Source: a virus. Taken from it: a stretch of DNA of 60,628 nt. The notes beneath the pieces are model-generated. The model did not search any database. It was given only the letters and a program-made list of their open reading frames with translations, and was not told the origin of the DNA. Both the position numbers and the translations under genes were made by a program. Below are positions 1 through 7,983 of this stretch, in pieces (the stretch's first letter is position 1; each line of letters begins with the position of its first letter). The stretch is taken from positions 1 through 60,628 of the IMG/VR virus record IMGVR_UViG_3300020811_000088. One strand, given 5' to 3'.

Positions 1-114
1 CAAAACAGCATGGACGGCGACTTTGACACAGGTAACGTTCGTTACAAAGCCCGTGAGCGTTACAGCTTCGGCGTGTCTGATCCTCTGGGCATCTTCGGTT
101 CGCCCGGCGCTTAA
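1..114 (+). CDS. 3' end of the major capsid protein gene (redundant copy of 60509..60622 created by the terminal overlap)
   Basis: Same frame and TAA stop (112..114) as ORF 59714..60622. Confidence 0.9.
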   Translation, partial: QNSMDGDFDTGNVRYKARERYSFGVSDPLGIFGSPGA

Positions 115-120
115 TATTTC
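1..120. repeat. Terminal direct repeat: 1..120 is identical to 60509..60628 (overlap of a circularly closed assembly)
   Basis: Compared base by base; both copies run caaaacagcatggacggcgac ... cgcccggcgcttaatatttc. Confidence 0.95.
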
Positions 121-138
121 TTCGGGAATATGTAGAGA

Positions 139-160
139 GGGGGCTTCGGCCCCCTTTTTA
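139..160 (+). terminator. Rho-independent terminator after the capsid gene
   Basis: GGGGGC-TTCG-GCCCCC hairpin 139..154 followed by TTTTTA. Confidence 0.8.
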
Positions 161-280
161 TTTGTTGCAACAGTTTAAACAACATGCTATATTGACTCAT
201 CCGGGTCTTCCGGTGTGTCAAACTGTCCCGGCAGACATCATGCAAGATTGACGCACCTTTAACTGCATGAAGGAAACATC

Positions 281-751
281 ATGGGATTCGCAACTCACCT
301 CGGCCCTTGGCTGCTCGGCACTGTCAAAAACACAACCGGCACCACTGCTGGCACAGTCCAGAACACCGGCTGCACAATCGTCGCTCAAACTTTCAACCTG
401 ACTGCCGCACAAGTGGCTACAGGTAGCATCGCTGCTGGTTTTATCCCTGCAGGCGCTGCCATTACTTCGGTTCAACTGCTGACCACCACTTTGTTTGCTT
501 CGGCCACCACGCTGCAAGTTAGCATTGGCGGCACTGCCGTGGCTTCTGCCTCGACAATTACCGCTGCTGGCACGATCAACGTGTCGCCTGCTGCAACGTT
601 TACACCCACTCAAGCCAACGTTGGTTCGACCGACGCAGCCTTGACATTCACCACCACTGGCTCGTCCAGCACTGGTGCTGTGACTGTGATCGTCGCCTAC
701 ATCGTGCGCGACTCCAGCGGCGCAATGCAGCAAACTGCTCAACAGAACTAA
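281..751 (+). CDS. Hypothetical Thr/Ala/Ser/Gly-rich virion-module protein (possible capsid decoration or fibre)
   Basis: ORF with GAAGGA RBS; bracketed by two identical hairpins; sits directly after the capsid gene. Confidence 0.6.
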   Translation: MGFATHLGPWLLGTVKNTTGTTAGTVQNTGCTIVAQTFNLTAAQVATGSIAAGFIPAGAAITSVQLLTTTLFASATTLQVSIGGTAVASASTITAAGTINVSPAATFTPTQANVGSTDAALTFTTTGSSSTGAVTVIVAYIVRDSSGAMQQTAQQN

Positions 752-759
752 TTAACTCC

Positions 760-780
760 GGGGGCTTCGGCCCCCGCTTT
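760..780 (+). terminator. Hairpin identical to 139..154 (GGGGGCTTCGGCCCCC) with a weak U-tract
   Basis: Exact repeat of the capsid terminator stem-loop at 760..775. Confidence 0.5.
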
Positions 781-794
781 ACAGGAGATTAGTT

Positions 795-1313
795 ATGACG
801 ATGCAATATGACGTAAAACAAGCCCATACAAACCAATCCGGTTTTATGGTTTTGGACCGCGTTCGTGTCAAAGCCGTTGCTTTTGTTGGCACTGCCAGCG
901 CTGGTCAGTTTGTTCTTTTTGATACAACAACTGCACCGGTGTCTAGTGGTGTTACGTATGGCCGCTCAGGCACAACCATTACCGTATCAAAGACGGCGCA
1001 TGGGTTGGTGGCTGGACAGTCAATCGGTATTGACTTTGACTCTGGCACGGGTGGCTCGGCCACGCCCGGCAATTACACAATTGCCACTGCCACTGCGAAC
1101 AGCTTTACCATTACCGACATCAACTCGGGGGCCATCACGGGAACTCCTGCAGCCGTATATTCAACGGGCAAATGGTTGATGACTTTTGATGTGGCTGCTG
1201 GAGATACGTACAACAACGGATCTAGTACCCTGCCCGGCGAAGGCCTTTTGGCTCAAAACGGCGTGTACTCTTACATGGTCAACATGGCAGCTGTGAGCAT
1301 TTTCTATGGCTGA
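795..1313 (+). CDS. Hypothetical Thr/Gly/Ser-rich structural-module protein
   Basis: ORF, 172 aa; overlaps the start of the next gene. Confidence 0.6.
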   Translation: MTMQYDVKQAHTNQSGFMVLDRVRVKAVAFVGTASAGQFVLFDTTTAPVSSGVTYGRSGTTITVSKTAHGLVAGQSIGIDFDSGTGGSATPGNYTIATATANSFTITDINSGAITGTPAAVYSTGKWLMTFDVAAGDTYNNGSSTLPGEGLLAQNGVYSYMVNMAAVSIFYG

Positions 1314-2043
1314 AACCAAACAAGCAGTTCTGGCCGGTCGCAAGTTGTTTATTGCGATACCGGCCTACGACGGCAAGATCAATATCAAGACGGCTTACAA
1401 CTTGGCATCCTTCATGCCAAAAGCCCTTGCTCATGGTATTTCCGTCCGTATGGGCGATGTGTCCGGGTGCTCGATCATCACGTTGGCTCGAAACCAACTG
1501 GTACACGAGTTCCTCAAGACAGATTGCACAGAGCTGCTGTTTCTCGATTCCGATGTCATCGCTACGGCGGATGACATCATGCGTCTCATGGCACAGAGTG
1601 GTGGCAAAGACATCACTGCCGGCGCGTACCCGCGCAGGGCCCGAGACAAGAATTTCTTCGCTGACCTGTACTTTGACGAAAATAGCGATTTGGAGTTTGA
1701 TGGCTCGCTGATGCGCGTTGAGCGCGTGGGCACAGGCTTTATGTTGATCCAACGGCACGTCATTGAGCAGATGGTGTTTGCACACCCCGAGTGGCAGTAC
1801 GAGTACAAAGACGAGCAGCTCACAGCCTTGTTTGATTTCCAGATCAAAGCTGGCCAGTACCTGGGTGAAGACTATTTGTTCTGCGATCGGGCCCGCGACA
1901 TGGGCTTCAAGATTTACATCGACGTAGACATCAGTTTGCCGCACGTCGGCACCGAGACATTCGAGAGCAACTTCCGTGAAGAAGTTGTGATTCCATTGAT
2001 TGACATGGTCCGCAAGTCCAAGTTGCGCGTTGCAAATGGCTAA
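1306..2043 (+). CDS. GT-A fold (family 2-like) glycosyltransferase
   Basis: Motifs AIPAYDG, LFLDSDV (DxD) and GEDYLFCDRARDMGFKIYID. Confidence 0.6.
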   Translation: MAETKQAVLAGRKLFIAIPAYDGKINIKTAYNLASFMPKALAHGISVRMGDVSGCSIITLARNQLVHEFLKTDCTELLFLDSDVIATADDIMRLMAQSGGKDITAGAYPRRARDKNFFADLYFDENSDLEFDGSLMRVERVGTGFMLIQRHVIEQMVFAHPEWQYEYKDEQLTALFDFQIKAGQYLGEDYLFCDRARDMGFKIYIDVDISLPHVGTETFESNFREEVVIPLIDMVRKSKLRVANG

Positions 2044-2305
2044 AGCTGCACCAAAGAAAAAAACCCCGTCATTGGCCATTGGCCGTGGCGAGAAGCTGCC
2101 TGCATCTAAGGGCGCTGGCTTGACTGCCAAGGGGCGGGCCAAGTACAACGCTGCAACTGGCAGTAACTTAAAAGCGCCGCAGCCACAGGGTGGTCCGCGT
2201 AAAGATTCGTTTTGTGCCCGGATGTCAGGTATGCCTGGGCCAATGAAAGATGATAACGGCAAGCCTACCCGCAAGGCGGCTTCACTTGCAAGATGGAAGT
2301 GCTGA
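2036..2305 (+). CDS. Hypothetical Lys-rich small protein
   Basis: Start MAKAAPKKK overlaps the glycosyltransferase stop; contains an in-frame A7 run at 2057..2063. Confidence 0.55.
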   Translation: MAKAAPKKKTPSLAIGRGEKLPASKGAGLTAKGRAKYNAATGSNLKAPQPQGGPRKDSFCARMSGMPGPMKDDNGKPTRKAASLARWKC

Positions 2306-2306
2306 G

Positions 2307-2546
2307 ATGGACGTCAACACAATTTGGTCTGCGGGCCTATCACTTGTTATGGGAGCCGTGTGGTTCTTTGTCCGCGAGAAGTTCGAGGATGTAAAACGCA
2401 TCGAGCGCCTTTTAAACATCACACGCGAGGAGATTGCCCGTGATTACGTTACTCAAACAGAAGTGCAGCGCATTACTGACCACATTGACCAGCGCTTCAA
2501 CAAGCTTGAAGCAAAAATTGACCAGCTTATTCAAGTGGGGCGATGA
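2307..2546 (+). CDS. Hypothetical membrane-anchored coiled-coil protein
   Basis: MDVNTIWSAGLSLVMGAVWFFV TM segment followed by a charged helix. Confidence 0.55.
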   Translation: MDVNTIWSAGLSLVMGAVWFFVREKFEDVKRIERLLNITREEIARDYVTQTEVQRITDHIDQRFNKLEAKIDQLIQVGR

Positions 2547-2889
2547 TGCCAAGCACCAGTAAAAACAACACAAGTTCATGGAAGCGGTGGCCCACAATCC
2601 AGCGTTTGCCAAGAAGGCCGGAGTCCCACAATCGGTGGGCAAAGATTTTGCAAGTGCGGACAAGAACCGTAAATTTTCCAAAGGTGGCGATATGAAAGAC
2701 ACAGCGCAAGACAAAGCCATGATTAAAAAGGCTTTCAAGCAGCACGATGCTCAAGAACATAAAGGCGGCAAGGGCACTACCTTGAAGCTGGCCAAGGGCG
2801 GCGCATTCCGCTCTTCGGCAAACGGTATTGCCCAGCGCGGCAAGACAAAGGGAACAATGATCGCCATGTGTGGCGGCGGAAAAATGTAA
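2543..2889 (+). CDS. Small basic protein with C-terminal NGIAQRGKTKG motif; N-terminus restored by adding 1 nt in A5 run 2561..2565
   Basis: ATG 2543/2546 reads MMPSTSK, then shifts frame. With A6 it reads MMPSTSKKQHKFMEAVAHNPAFAKKAGVPQ... Length becomes a multiple of 3. Confidence 0.6.
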
Positions 2890-2899
2890 GGGGAATATT

Positions 2900-3193
2900 A
2901 TGGGCATGATGGATAAATTATTTGGTCGTTCGGAAGCTGGCGCAGGTCGCGGCAAAGTCAATCCAGCAACTGTTGCTGAGATGAAAGAGGCCAAGATGAG
3001 CCCGGCAGAACGCGAAGCTCGTCAAATGATGAAAGACCGCAAGGCTGAGAAGATGGCCGAAGGTGAATACGACAAGGCTATGCCTGAGCCGTATGCCAAG
3101 GGCGGCAAAGTGAAGAAGATGTCCGCTGGCGGCTACACGCGCGCTGCAGACGGTATTGCTCAGCGCGGCAAGACTCGCGGGAAAATGTGCTGA
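2900..3193 (+). CDS. Small basic protein with YAKGGKV and ADGIAQRGKTRGK motifs
   Basis: AAGGGG RBS; paralogous C-terminal motif shared with 2543..2889 and 4756..4944. Confidence 0.6.
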   Translation: MGMMDKLFGRSEAGAGRGKVNPATVAEMKEAKMSPAEREARQMMKDRKAEKMAEGEYDKAMPEPYAKGGKVKKMSAGGYTRAADGIAQRGKTRGKMC

Positions 3194-3194
3194 T

Positions 3195-3428
3195 ATGTTA
3201 GCCAGTCGCGGCATGGGCGCCATCGCCCCTTCCAAGATGCCCAAGGGTGTAAAAAAAGCCCGGCGGGACGATACTGACTTCACGCAATACGCTGAAGGCG
3301 GTAAAGTTGGCTTGTACGCAAACATCAACGCAAAACGCGCCAGAGGTGAGAAAATGCGTAAGCCCGGCCAGAAAGGTGCTCCCACCGCTCAGGCTTTTAT
3401 TGACTCTGCCAAGACTGCTAAATCATGA
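3195..3428 (+). CDS. Small basic protein (YAEGGKV; NINAKRARGEKMRKPGQKGAPT motif)
   Basis: ORF in frame from MLASRGMG. Confidence 0.5.
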   Translation: MLASRGMGAIAPSKMPKGVKKARRDDTDFTQYAEGGKVGLYANINAKRARGEKMRKPGQKGAPTAQAFIDSAKTAKS

Positions 3429-4357
3429 CCACTACCGGCTCCACTCTCTTCAATATGGACTTCACGGAAATTGCCGAGGAAGCATGGGAGCGTGCGGGCC
3501 GGGAGATGCGTTCGGGTTATGACCTGCGCACAGCGCGTCGGTCTATGAACCTGATGACGATCGAGTGGCAGTCCAAGGGCATCAACATGTGGACGATGGA
3601 GCAGGGCTTCATCAACCTGACGCCAGGCTTAGCCACTTATGCTTTGCCGACAGACACGATTGATCTGCTGGAGCAGGTGATTCGCACAGGGTCCAACACT
3701 GCTTCGACGCAAGCTGATTTGACGATCACGCGCATCAGCGTCTCCACCTATGCCACGATCCCAAACAAGCTTCAGCAAGCCCGGCCAATCCAAGTCTGGG
3801 TTCAGCGCTTGTCCGGCGAAGTCAATCCTACGAGCTCTGTGTTGGCATCGACAATCAACTCCACGGACACCACAATCACTCTCAACTCGGTGGTTGGGTT
3901 GGCTGGATCTGGGTTTATTCGCCTGGACTCGGAAGATATTTACTACACCTACATCTCAGGCAACGTCCTAAGCGGCGTGTTCCGTGGGCAAAACAACACC
4001 ACTGCCGCGTCGCATACCGCCGCAACTGCGGTGTATGTACCGCAACTGCCGGCCGTAACAGTCTGGCCAACACCTGACAACTCAACGCCATACCAGTTCG
4101 TGTACTGGAGACTGCGGCGCGTTCAAGATGCTGGTGCTGGCGCCGAGACGGCAGACATGAATTTCCGCTTCCTGCCCGCTTTGGCCGCAGGTTTGGCGTA
4201 CCACATTGCCGTCAAAACGCCTGAGCTAATGAACCGCGTGCAAATGCTCAAGCAAATGTACGATGAGACTTTTGAGATTGCTGCCGGCGAAGATCGCGAA
4301 AAAGCAGCAGTACGATTTGTTCCTCGCCAGATGTTTATTGGCGGTGGAGGTTACTGA
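3425..4357 (+). CDS. Putative tail tubular A / adaptor-like structural protein
   Basis: 310 aa. The N-terminal pattern ...RRSMNLMTIEWQSKGINMWT resembles the T7 gp11-type N-terminus; position fits the structural module. Confidence 0.35.
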   Translation: MTTTGSTLFNMDFTEIAEEAWERAGREMRSGYDLRTARRSMNLMTIEWQSKGINMWTMEQGFINLTPGLATYALPTDTIDLLEQVIRTGSNTASTQADLTITRISVSTYATIPNKLQQARPIQVWVQRLSGEVNPTSSVLASTINSTDTTITLNSVVGLAGSGFIRLDSEDIYYTYISGNVLSGVFRGQNNTTAASHTAATAVYVPQLPAVTVWPTPDNSTPYQFVYWRLRRVQDAGAGAETADMNFRFLPALAAGLAYHIAVKTPELMNRVQMLKQMYDETFEIAAGEDREKAAVRFVPRQMFIGGGGY

Positions 4358-4746
4358 TGGGTAATCGTTTCGCATCCGGCAAGATTGCGATTGCGGAATG
4401 TGATCGTTGCGGCCAACAGTACAAACTCAAGAATCTCAAGACCGAGATCATCAAGCAGCGCAAGTACGAGTTGCTGGTGTGCCCAGAATGCTGGGACCCA
4501 GATCAGCCGCAGTTGATGCTTGGCACGTTCCCGGTTGATGATCCGCAGGCGTTGCGCAACCCCCGCAGAGACACAACATACGTGACTTCTGGGGTCAACG
4601 CGGCGGGCAACCTGTCCGGTGGCTCGCGGGATATTCAGTGGGGCTGGTACCCGGTTGGTGGGTCCAGTGGATTTGATGCGTCGCTTACACCAAATTACTT
4701 GGTGGGAACGACATTTGTTGGTACAGTTACGGTATCCGTTTCATAG
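4357..4746 (+). CDS. Zinc-ribbon (4-Cys) structural-module protein
   Basis: CDRCG...CPECW motif; start overlaps the previous stop. Confidence 0.5.
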   Translation: MGNRFASGKIAIAECDRCGQQYKLKNLKTEIIKQRKYELLVCPECWDPDQPQLMLGTFPVDDPQALRNPRRDTTYVTSGVNAAGNLSGGSRDIQWGWYPVGGSSGFDASLTPNYLVGTTFVGTVTVSVS

Positions 4747-4755
4747 GAGTTAATC

Positions 4756-4944
4756 ATGGCATTCACACGAGCAGCAGACGGCATTGCGTCTAAAGGCAAA
4801 ACCAAAGGCAAAAACCTTGGCGATAGCGGCCCAACCGTCGGCATGACGGATGGCGGCAAGGGCAAGGGCGGCGGCAAATCTAATGCCAACATGAAGACCA
4901 TGGGTCGCAATATGGCCAAGATCGCAGCACAGAAACGAGGCTAA
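4756..4944 (+). CDS. Small Lys/Gly-rich protein starting MAFTRAADGIASKGKTKGK
   Basis: AGGAG RBS; shares the ADGIAxxGKTxGK motif. Confidence 0.6.
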   Translation: MAFTRAADGIASKGKTKGKNLGDSGPTVGMTDGGKGKGGGKSNANMKTMGRNMAKIAAQKRG

Positions 4945-4946
4945 TC

Positions 4947-5212
4947 ATGGCTACATTTAGCAAAAATTGATGGGCAAAGAAGTTGGCCAAGCCAGCACTT
5001 ATGCCAAGCCCCACACCATGACTGGCAAATCTGTGAGTATGGAAGCCAATCCTGGCAAGGGCCCAAACAAGAGCAAGCTCGACGAGTACGACGTGAGTAT
5101 TGGCGGCATCAGCAAGTCTGCCGGCGACGAAAAAGTCAAGACCAGCGGCATCAAAATCCGTGGTACTGGCGCAGCTACTAAGGGCGTGATGGCCCGAGGC
5201 CCAATGGCATGA
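4947..5212 (+). CDS. Small Lys/Gly-rich protein; N-terminus restored by adding 1 nt in A5 run 4962..4966
   Basis: ATG 4947 with GAGG RBS reads MATFSKN*. With A6 it reads MATFSKKLMGKEVGQASTYAKP... and ends RGTGAATKGVMARGPMA. Confidence 0.55.
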
Positions 5213-5862
5213 CATACACCGAACTCGTTACGTTGGTCAGTGATTACTGTGAGAACACGTTTCCCACAGATGACATGAACACGTTCATTAAGCAAGCTGA
5301 GCAGCGTATCTATAACACTGTTCAGCTGGCTAATTTGCGCAAGAACGTGACGGGCACGATTACCGCTGGCAACAAGTATCTGTCTTGCCCAGACGATTTT
5401 CTTTCTGTGTATTCACTGGCAATTTTCCCGGTCGGTGGCGGCGAGTATCTGTACTTGCTGAACAAGGATGTCAACTTCATGCGTGAGGCATATCCAAACC
5501 CCGCAACCACTGGCAAGCCCAAGCATTACGCTATCTTTGGGCCGCAGAGTTCGAACGTGGATGAGTTGTCGTTTATCGTCGGGCCAACTCCTGCCACAAC
5601 GTACAGTGCAGAGCTGCACTATTACTACTACCCTGAGTCAATCGTGACTGCGGGGCAGACTTGGTTGGGTGATAACTTTGATTCCGCCCTGCTGTACGGA
5701 ACGATGTGCGAAGCAGTCACCTACATGAAGGGTGAGGCTGATATGGTCAAGTTGTACCAAGATCGTTATGTGCAAGCGATTGCGCTTCTCAAGAACTTGG
5801 GTGACGGCAAGCAGCGTGCTGACGCCTACCGCGACGGGCAAGTTAGGGTTCAGGTCTCATGA
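5209..5862 (+). CDS. Putative head-tail connector/adaptor protein
   Basis: 217 aa; N-terminus MTYTELVTLVSDYCENTFPTDDMNTFIKQAEQRIYN is typical of neck/adaptor families (weak). Confidence 0.35.
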   Translation: MTYTELVTLVSDYCENTFPTDDMNTFIKQAEQRIYNTVQLANLRKNVTGTITAGNKYLSCPDDFLSVYSLAIFPVGGGEYLYLLNKDVNFMREAYPNPATTGKPKHYAIFGPQSSNVDELSFIVGPTPATTYSAELHYYYYPESIVTAGQTWLGDNFDSALLYGTMCEAVTYMKGEADMVKLYQDRYVQAIALLKNLGDGKQRADAYRDGQVRVQVS

Positions 5863-6278
5863 GCTCGATTGTCCAAACCCAAACAACCAGCTTCAAAAAA
5901 GAGCTGTATCAGGGCATTCACGACTTGTCTACCGACACGATCAAGATTGCCCTGTATACCGCTGCCGCAGATTTAAACGCAGCCACCACGGTGTATTCCA
6001 GCACCAATGAAGTTGTGGCATCAGGCTATACCGCAGGCGGGCAAGTCATGACCGGCGTGCAAATCAGCGCAGACGGGTACACGGCATACGTGAACTGGGA
6101 TAATGTGAGCTGGACTACCGCTGTGACGGCCCGATGTGCGTTGATGTACAACGTGACCAAGGGCAATAAGTCTGTTGCCGTGCTGGATTTTGGTTCGGAT
6201 AAAACTTCGACCACCACCTTCCTCATCACCATGCCAGCAAATACCTCGACGGCAGCACTCATCAGGAGCTCAAATTGA
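5859..6278 (+). CDS. Hypothetical structural protein, paralog of 6479..6955
   Basis: Shared pattern ...TTSF..EL......T..IK.ALY...A.LNAATT.YSST.EV...GYTAGG... Confidence 0.6.
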   Translation: MSSIVQTQTTSFKKELYQGIHDLSTDTIKIALYTAAADLNAATTVYSSTNEVVASGYTAGGQVMTGVQISADGYTAYVNWDNVSWTTAVTARCALMYNVTKGNKSVAVLDFGSDKTSTTTFLITMPANTSTAALIRSSN

Positions 6279-6469
6279 TTGTTACCACAACCTACGGCGA
6301 AATGGATGACTCTTTGTTGGAGCGCAAAGACGGCTCCTTTGAAGATGACAACGAGCTGACCACTTGGGTAGAATACTGGAAAGACGCCGAGCTGGTGCAT
6401 CGCTCCGTGCATGTGACCCTGAAAAAACCCCTCACCTACGTTGCTGCTGAAGCAGCGCAAATCGCATAA
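6275..6469 (+). CDS. Hypothetical acidic small protein
   Basis: ORF overlapping the upstream stop. Confidence 0.45.
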   Translation: MIVTTTYGEMDDSLLERKDGSFEDDNELTTWVEYWKDAELVHRSVHVTLKKPLTYVAAEAAQIA

Positions 6470-6478
6470 GGAGCCACC

Positions 6479-6955
6479 ATGGCGAACACACAAAGCATGA
6501 CCACTTCGTTTATGGGCGAGCTGATGACGGCTACCCACAACTTTGGCACTGCACCAATCCGTGCGGCAACCACTGCCGACACTTTCAAAGCTGCTTTGTA
6601 CCTGACCAGCGCAACGATCAACGCAGCGACCACAGCGTACTCGTCCACGGGCGAAGTGACGGGCACGAACTACACCGCTGGCGGTGTGACGGTGACCAAC
6701 GCAACAGCTCCAATTGCGACCAACAGTTCGGCTACTGCCGGTGTGGCGTACTGGACTCCCTCCGCTTCGATCACGTACACGACTGTGACCTTGAGCACAG
6801 CGTTTGATTGCGTCTTGATCTACAACAGCACTCAGTCCAACAAGGCTGTGTCGGTTCACACGTTTGGCTCGCAGACCATTACTGCTGGCACATTCACATT
6901 GACGATGCCATCGAACACTACTACAACCGCATTGCTGCGCTTGTCTACCACTTAA
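6479..6955 (+). CDS. Hypothetical structural protein, paralog of 5859..6278
   Basis: AAGGAG RBS; paralogy seen by eye. Confidence 0.6.
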   Translation: MANTQSMTTSFMGELMTATHNFGTAPIRAATTADTFKAALYLTSATINAATTAYSSTGEVTGTNYTAGGVTVTNATAPIATNSSATAGVAYWTPSASITYTTVTLSTAFDCVLIYNSTQSNKAVSVHTFGSQTITAGTFTLTMPSNTTTTALLRLSTT

Positions 6956-6965
6956 AGGGTAGGTC

Positions 6966-7973
6966 ATGGCCGGATGGGGCGTCGGCGCTTGGGGCTTAGG
7001 CACTTGGGGCAATGGCCAGACCATCCTTACAGGTGACGCGGCCTCGGGCGCAGTAGGTTCAGCAGGCGTTTCCGTATCCATTGCCTTAACGGGCGTAGCG
7101 GCGTCTGGCGCAGTCGGCACAGTTGTTAATTCTCAGGCTACCGCCCTCACGGGCGTAGCCGCTTCGGGTGGTGTTGGCTCTGTTGTATCTACGGCGACTC
7201 GGGCGCTTACCGGGGTCTTTGCCTCTGGTTCTGTAGGCACCGTTGTTGCCACGGAGATTATTCCCACCACAGGGGACGGCGCAACGGGTACGGTCGGCGC
7301 AGTCGGTATTTCAGCCTCAGTAGCGCTTACTGGCGTTGCGGCATCTGGCTTGGTAGGCACGATTGCCCCAAGTAAAACAGTTGGTATTTCAGGCGTTGCC
7401 GCATCTGGCAGCGTGGGCTCAGTTACGGGCGCCTCAACGGTTGGGTTGTCTGGCGTGCTGGCAGCGGGCCTGGTGGGCACGGTCAGCGCAGACAAGAGTG
7501 CGGCAATCTCAGGTGTGTTGGCATCGGGCAATGTGGGATTGGTAGTTCCGTCGGCGGCCATCGGTTTGTCTGGTGTAAACGCACAGGGCGTAGCGGGAAG
7601 TGTGATTGTTCCGTTGCCGTCCAATCAGGCAAACGGCGCAGTTGGTTCTGTTACAGCCGATCGTAATATTGCTTTGACGGGTGTAGGGCTGACGGGCCGC
7701 GTTGGCACAATGACGATTGCCGAGCGCATCAAAGCTTTGACGGGTGTGGCCGCTCAGGGCTCAGTGGGCAATGTAATTGCGGTATATTGGAAGCTCGTAC
7801 CCGATGACCAAAACCCAGACTGGCAAAACATTTCAGATACCCAGTCACCAAACTGGGCGTTAATAGGTGACACGCAGTCCCCGAGCTGGCAAAATGTGGG
7901 TAATTCACAAACGCCTGCTTGGGGCGGTGTTGAAACAGTACAGACACCCGAATGGGAAGACGTCGTAACTTGA
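6966..7973 (+). CDS. Repeat-rich tail fibre-like protein
   Basis: N-terminal GWGVGAWGLGTWG; about 12 tandem 20-aa units (LTGVAASGxVGxV...); five C-terminal 11-aa (D/N)xQ(S/T)PxW units. Confidence 0.6.
   Translation: MAGWGVGAWGLGTWGNGQTILTGDAASGAVGSAGVSVSIALTGVAASGAVGTVVNSQATALTGVAASGGVGSVVSTATRALTGVFASGSVGTVVATEIIPTTGDGATGTVGAVGISASVALTGVAASGLVGTIAPSKTVGISGVAASGSVGSVTGASTVGLSGVLAAGLVGTVSADKSAAISGVLASGNVGLVVPSAAIGLSGVNAQGVAGSVIVPLPSNQANGAVGSVTADRNIALTGVGLTGRVGTMTIAERIKALTGVAAQGSVGNVIAVYWKLVPDDQNPDWQNISDTQSPNWALIGDTQSPSWQNVGNSQTPAWGGVETVQTPEWEDVVT
7026..7790 (+). repeat. About 12 tandem 60-nt (20-aa) coding repeats inside the fibre gene
   Basis: Units LTGDAASGAVGSAGVSVSIA / LTGVAASGAVGTVVNSQATA / LTGVAASGGVGSVVSTATRA ... 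read in register. Confidence 0.8.
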
Positions 7974-7983
7974 GGTTTTAAAC

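Noticed and set aside
7026-7790. A 60-nt periodic repeat array that could be mistaken for a CRISPR array or satellite.
   Set aside because: The repeats are contiguous with no spacers, degenerate at the DNA level, in frame, and encode a 20-aa protein repeat within one ORF.
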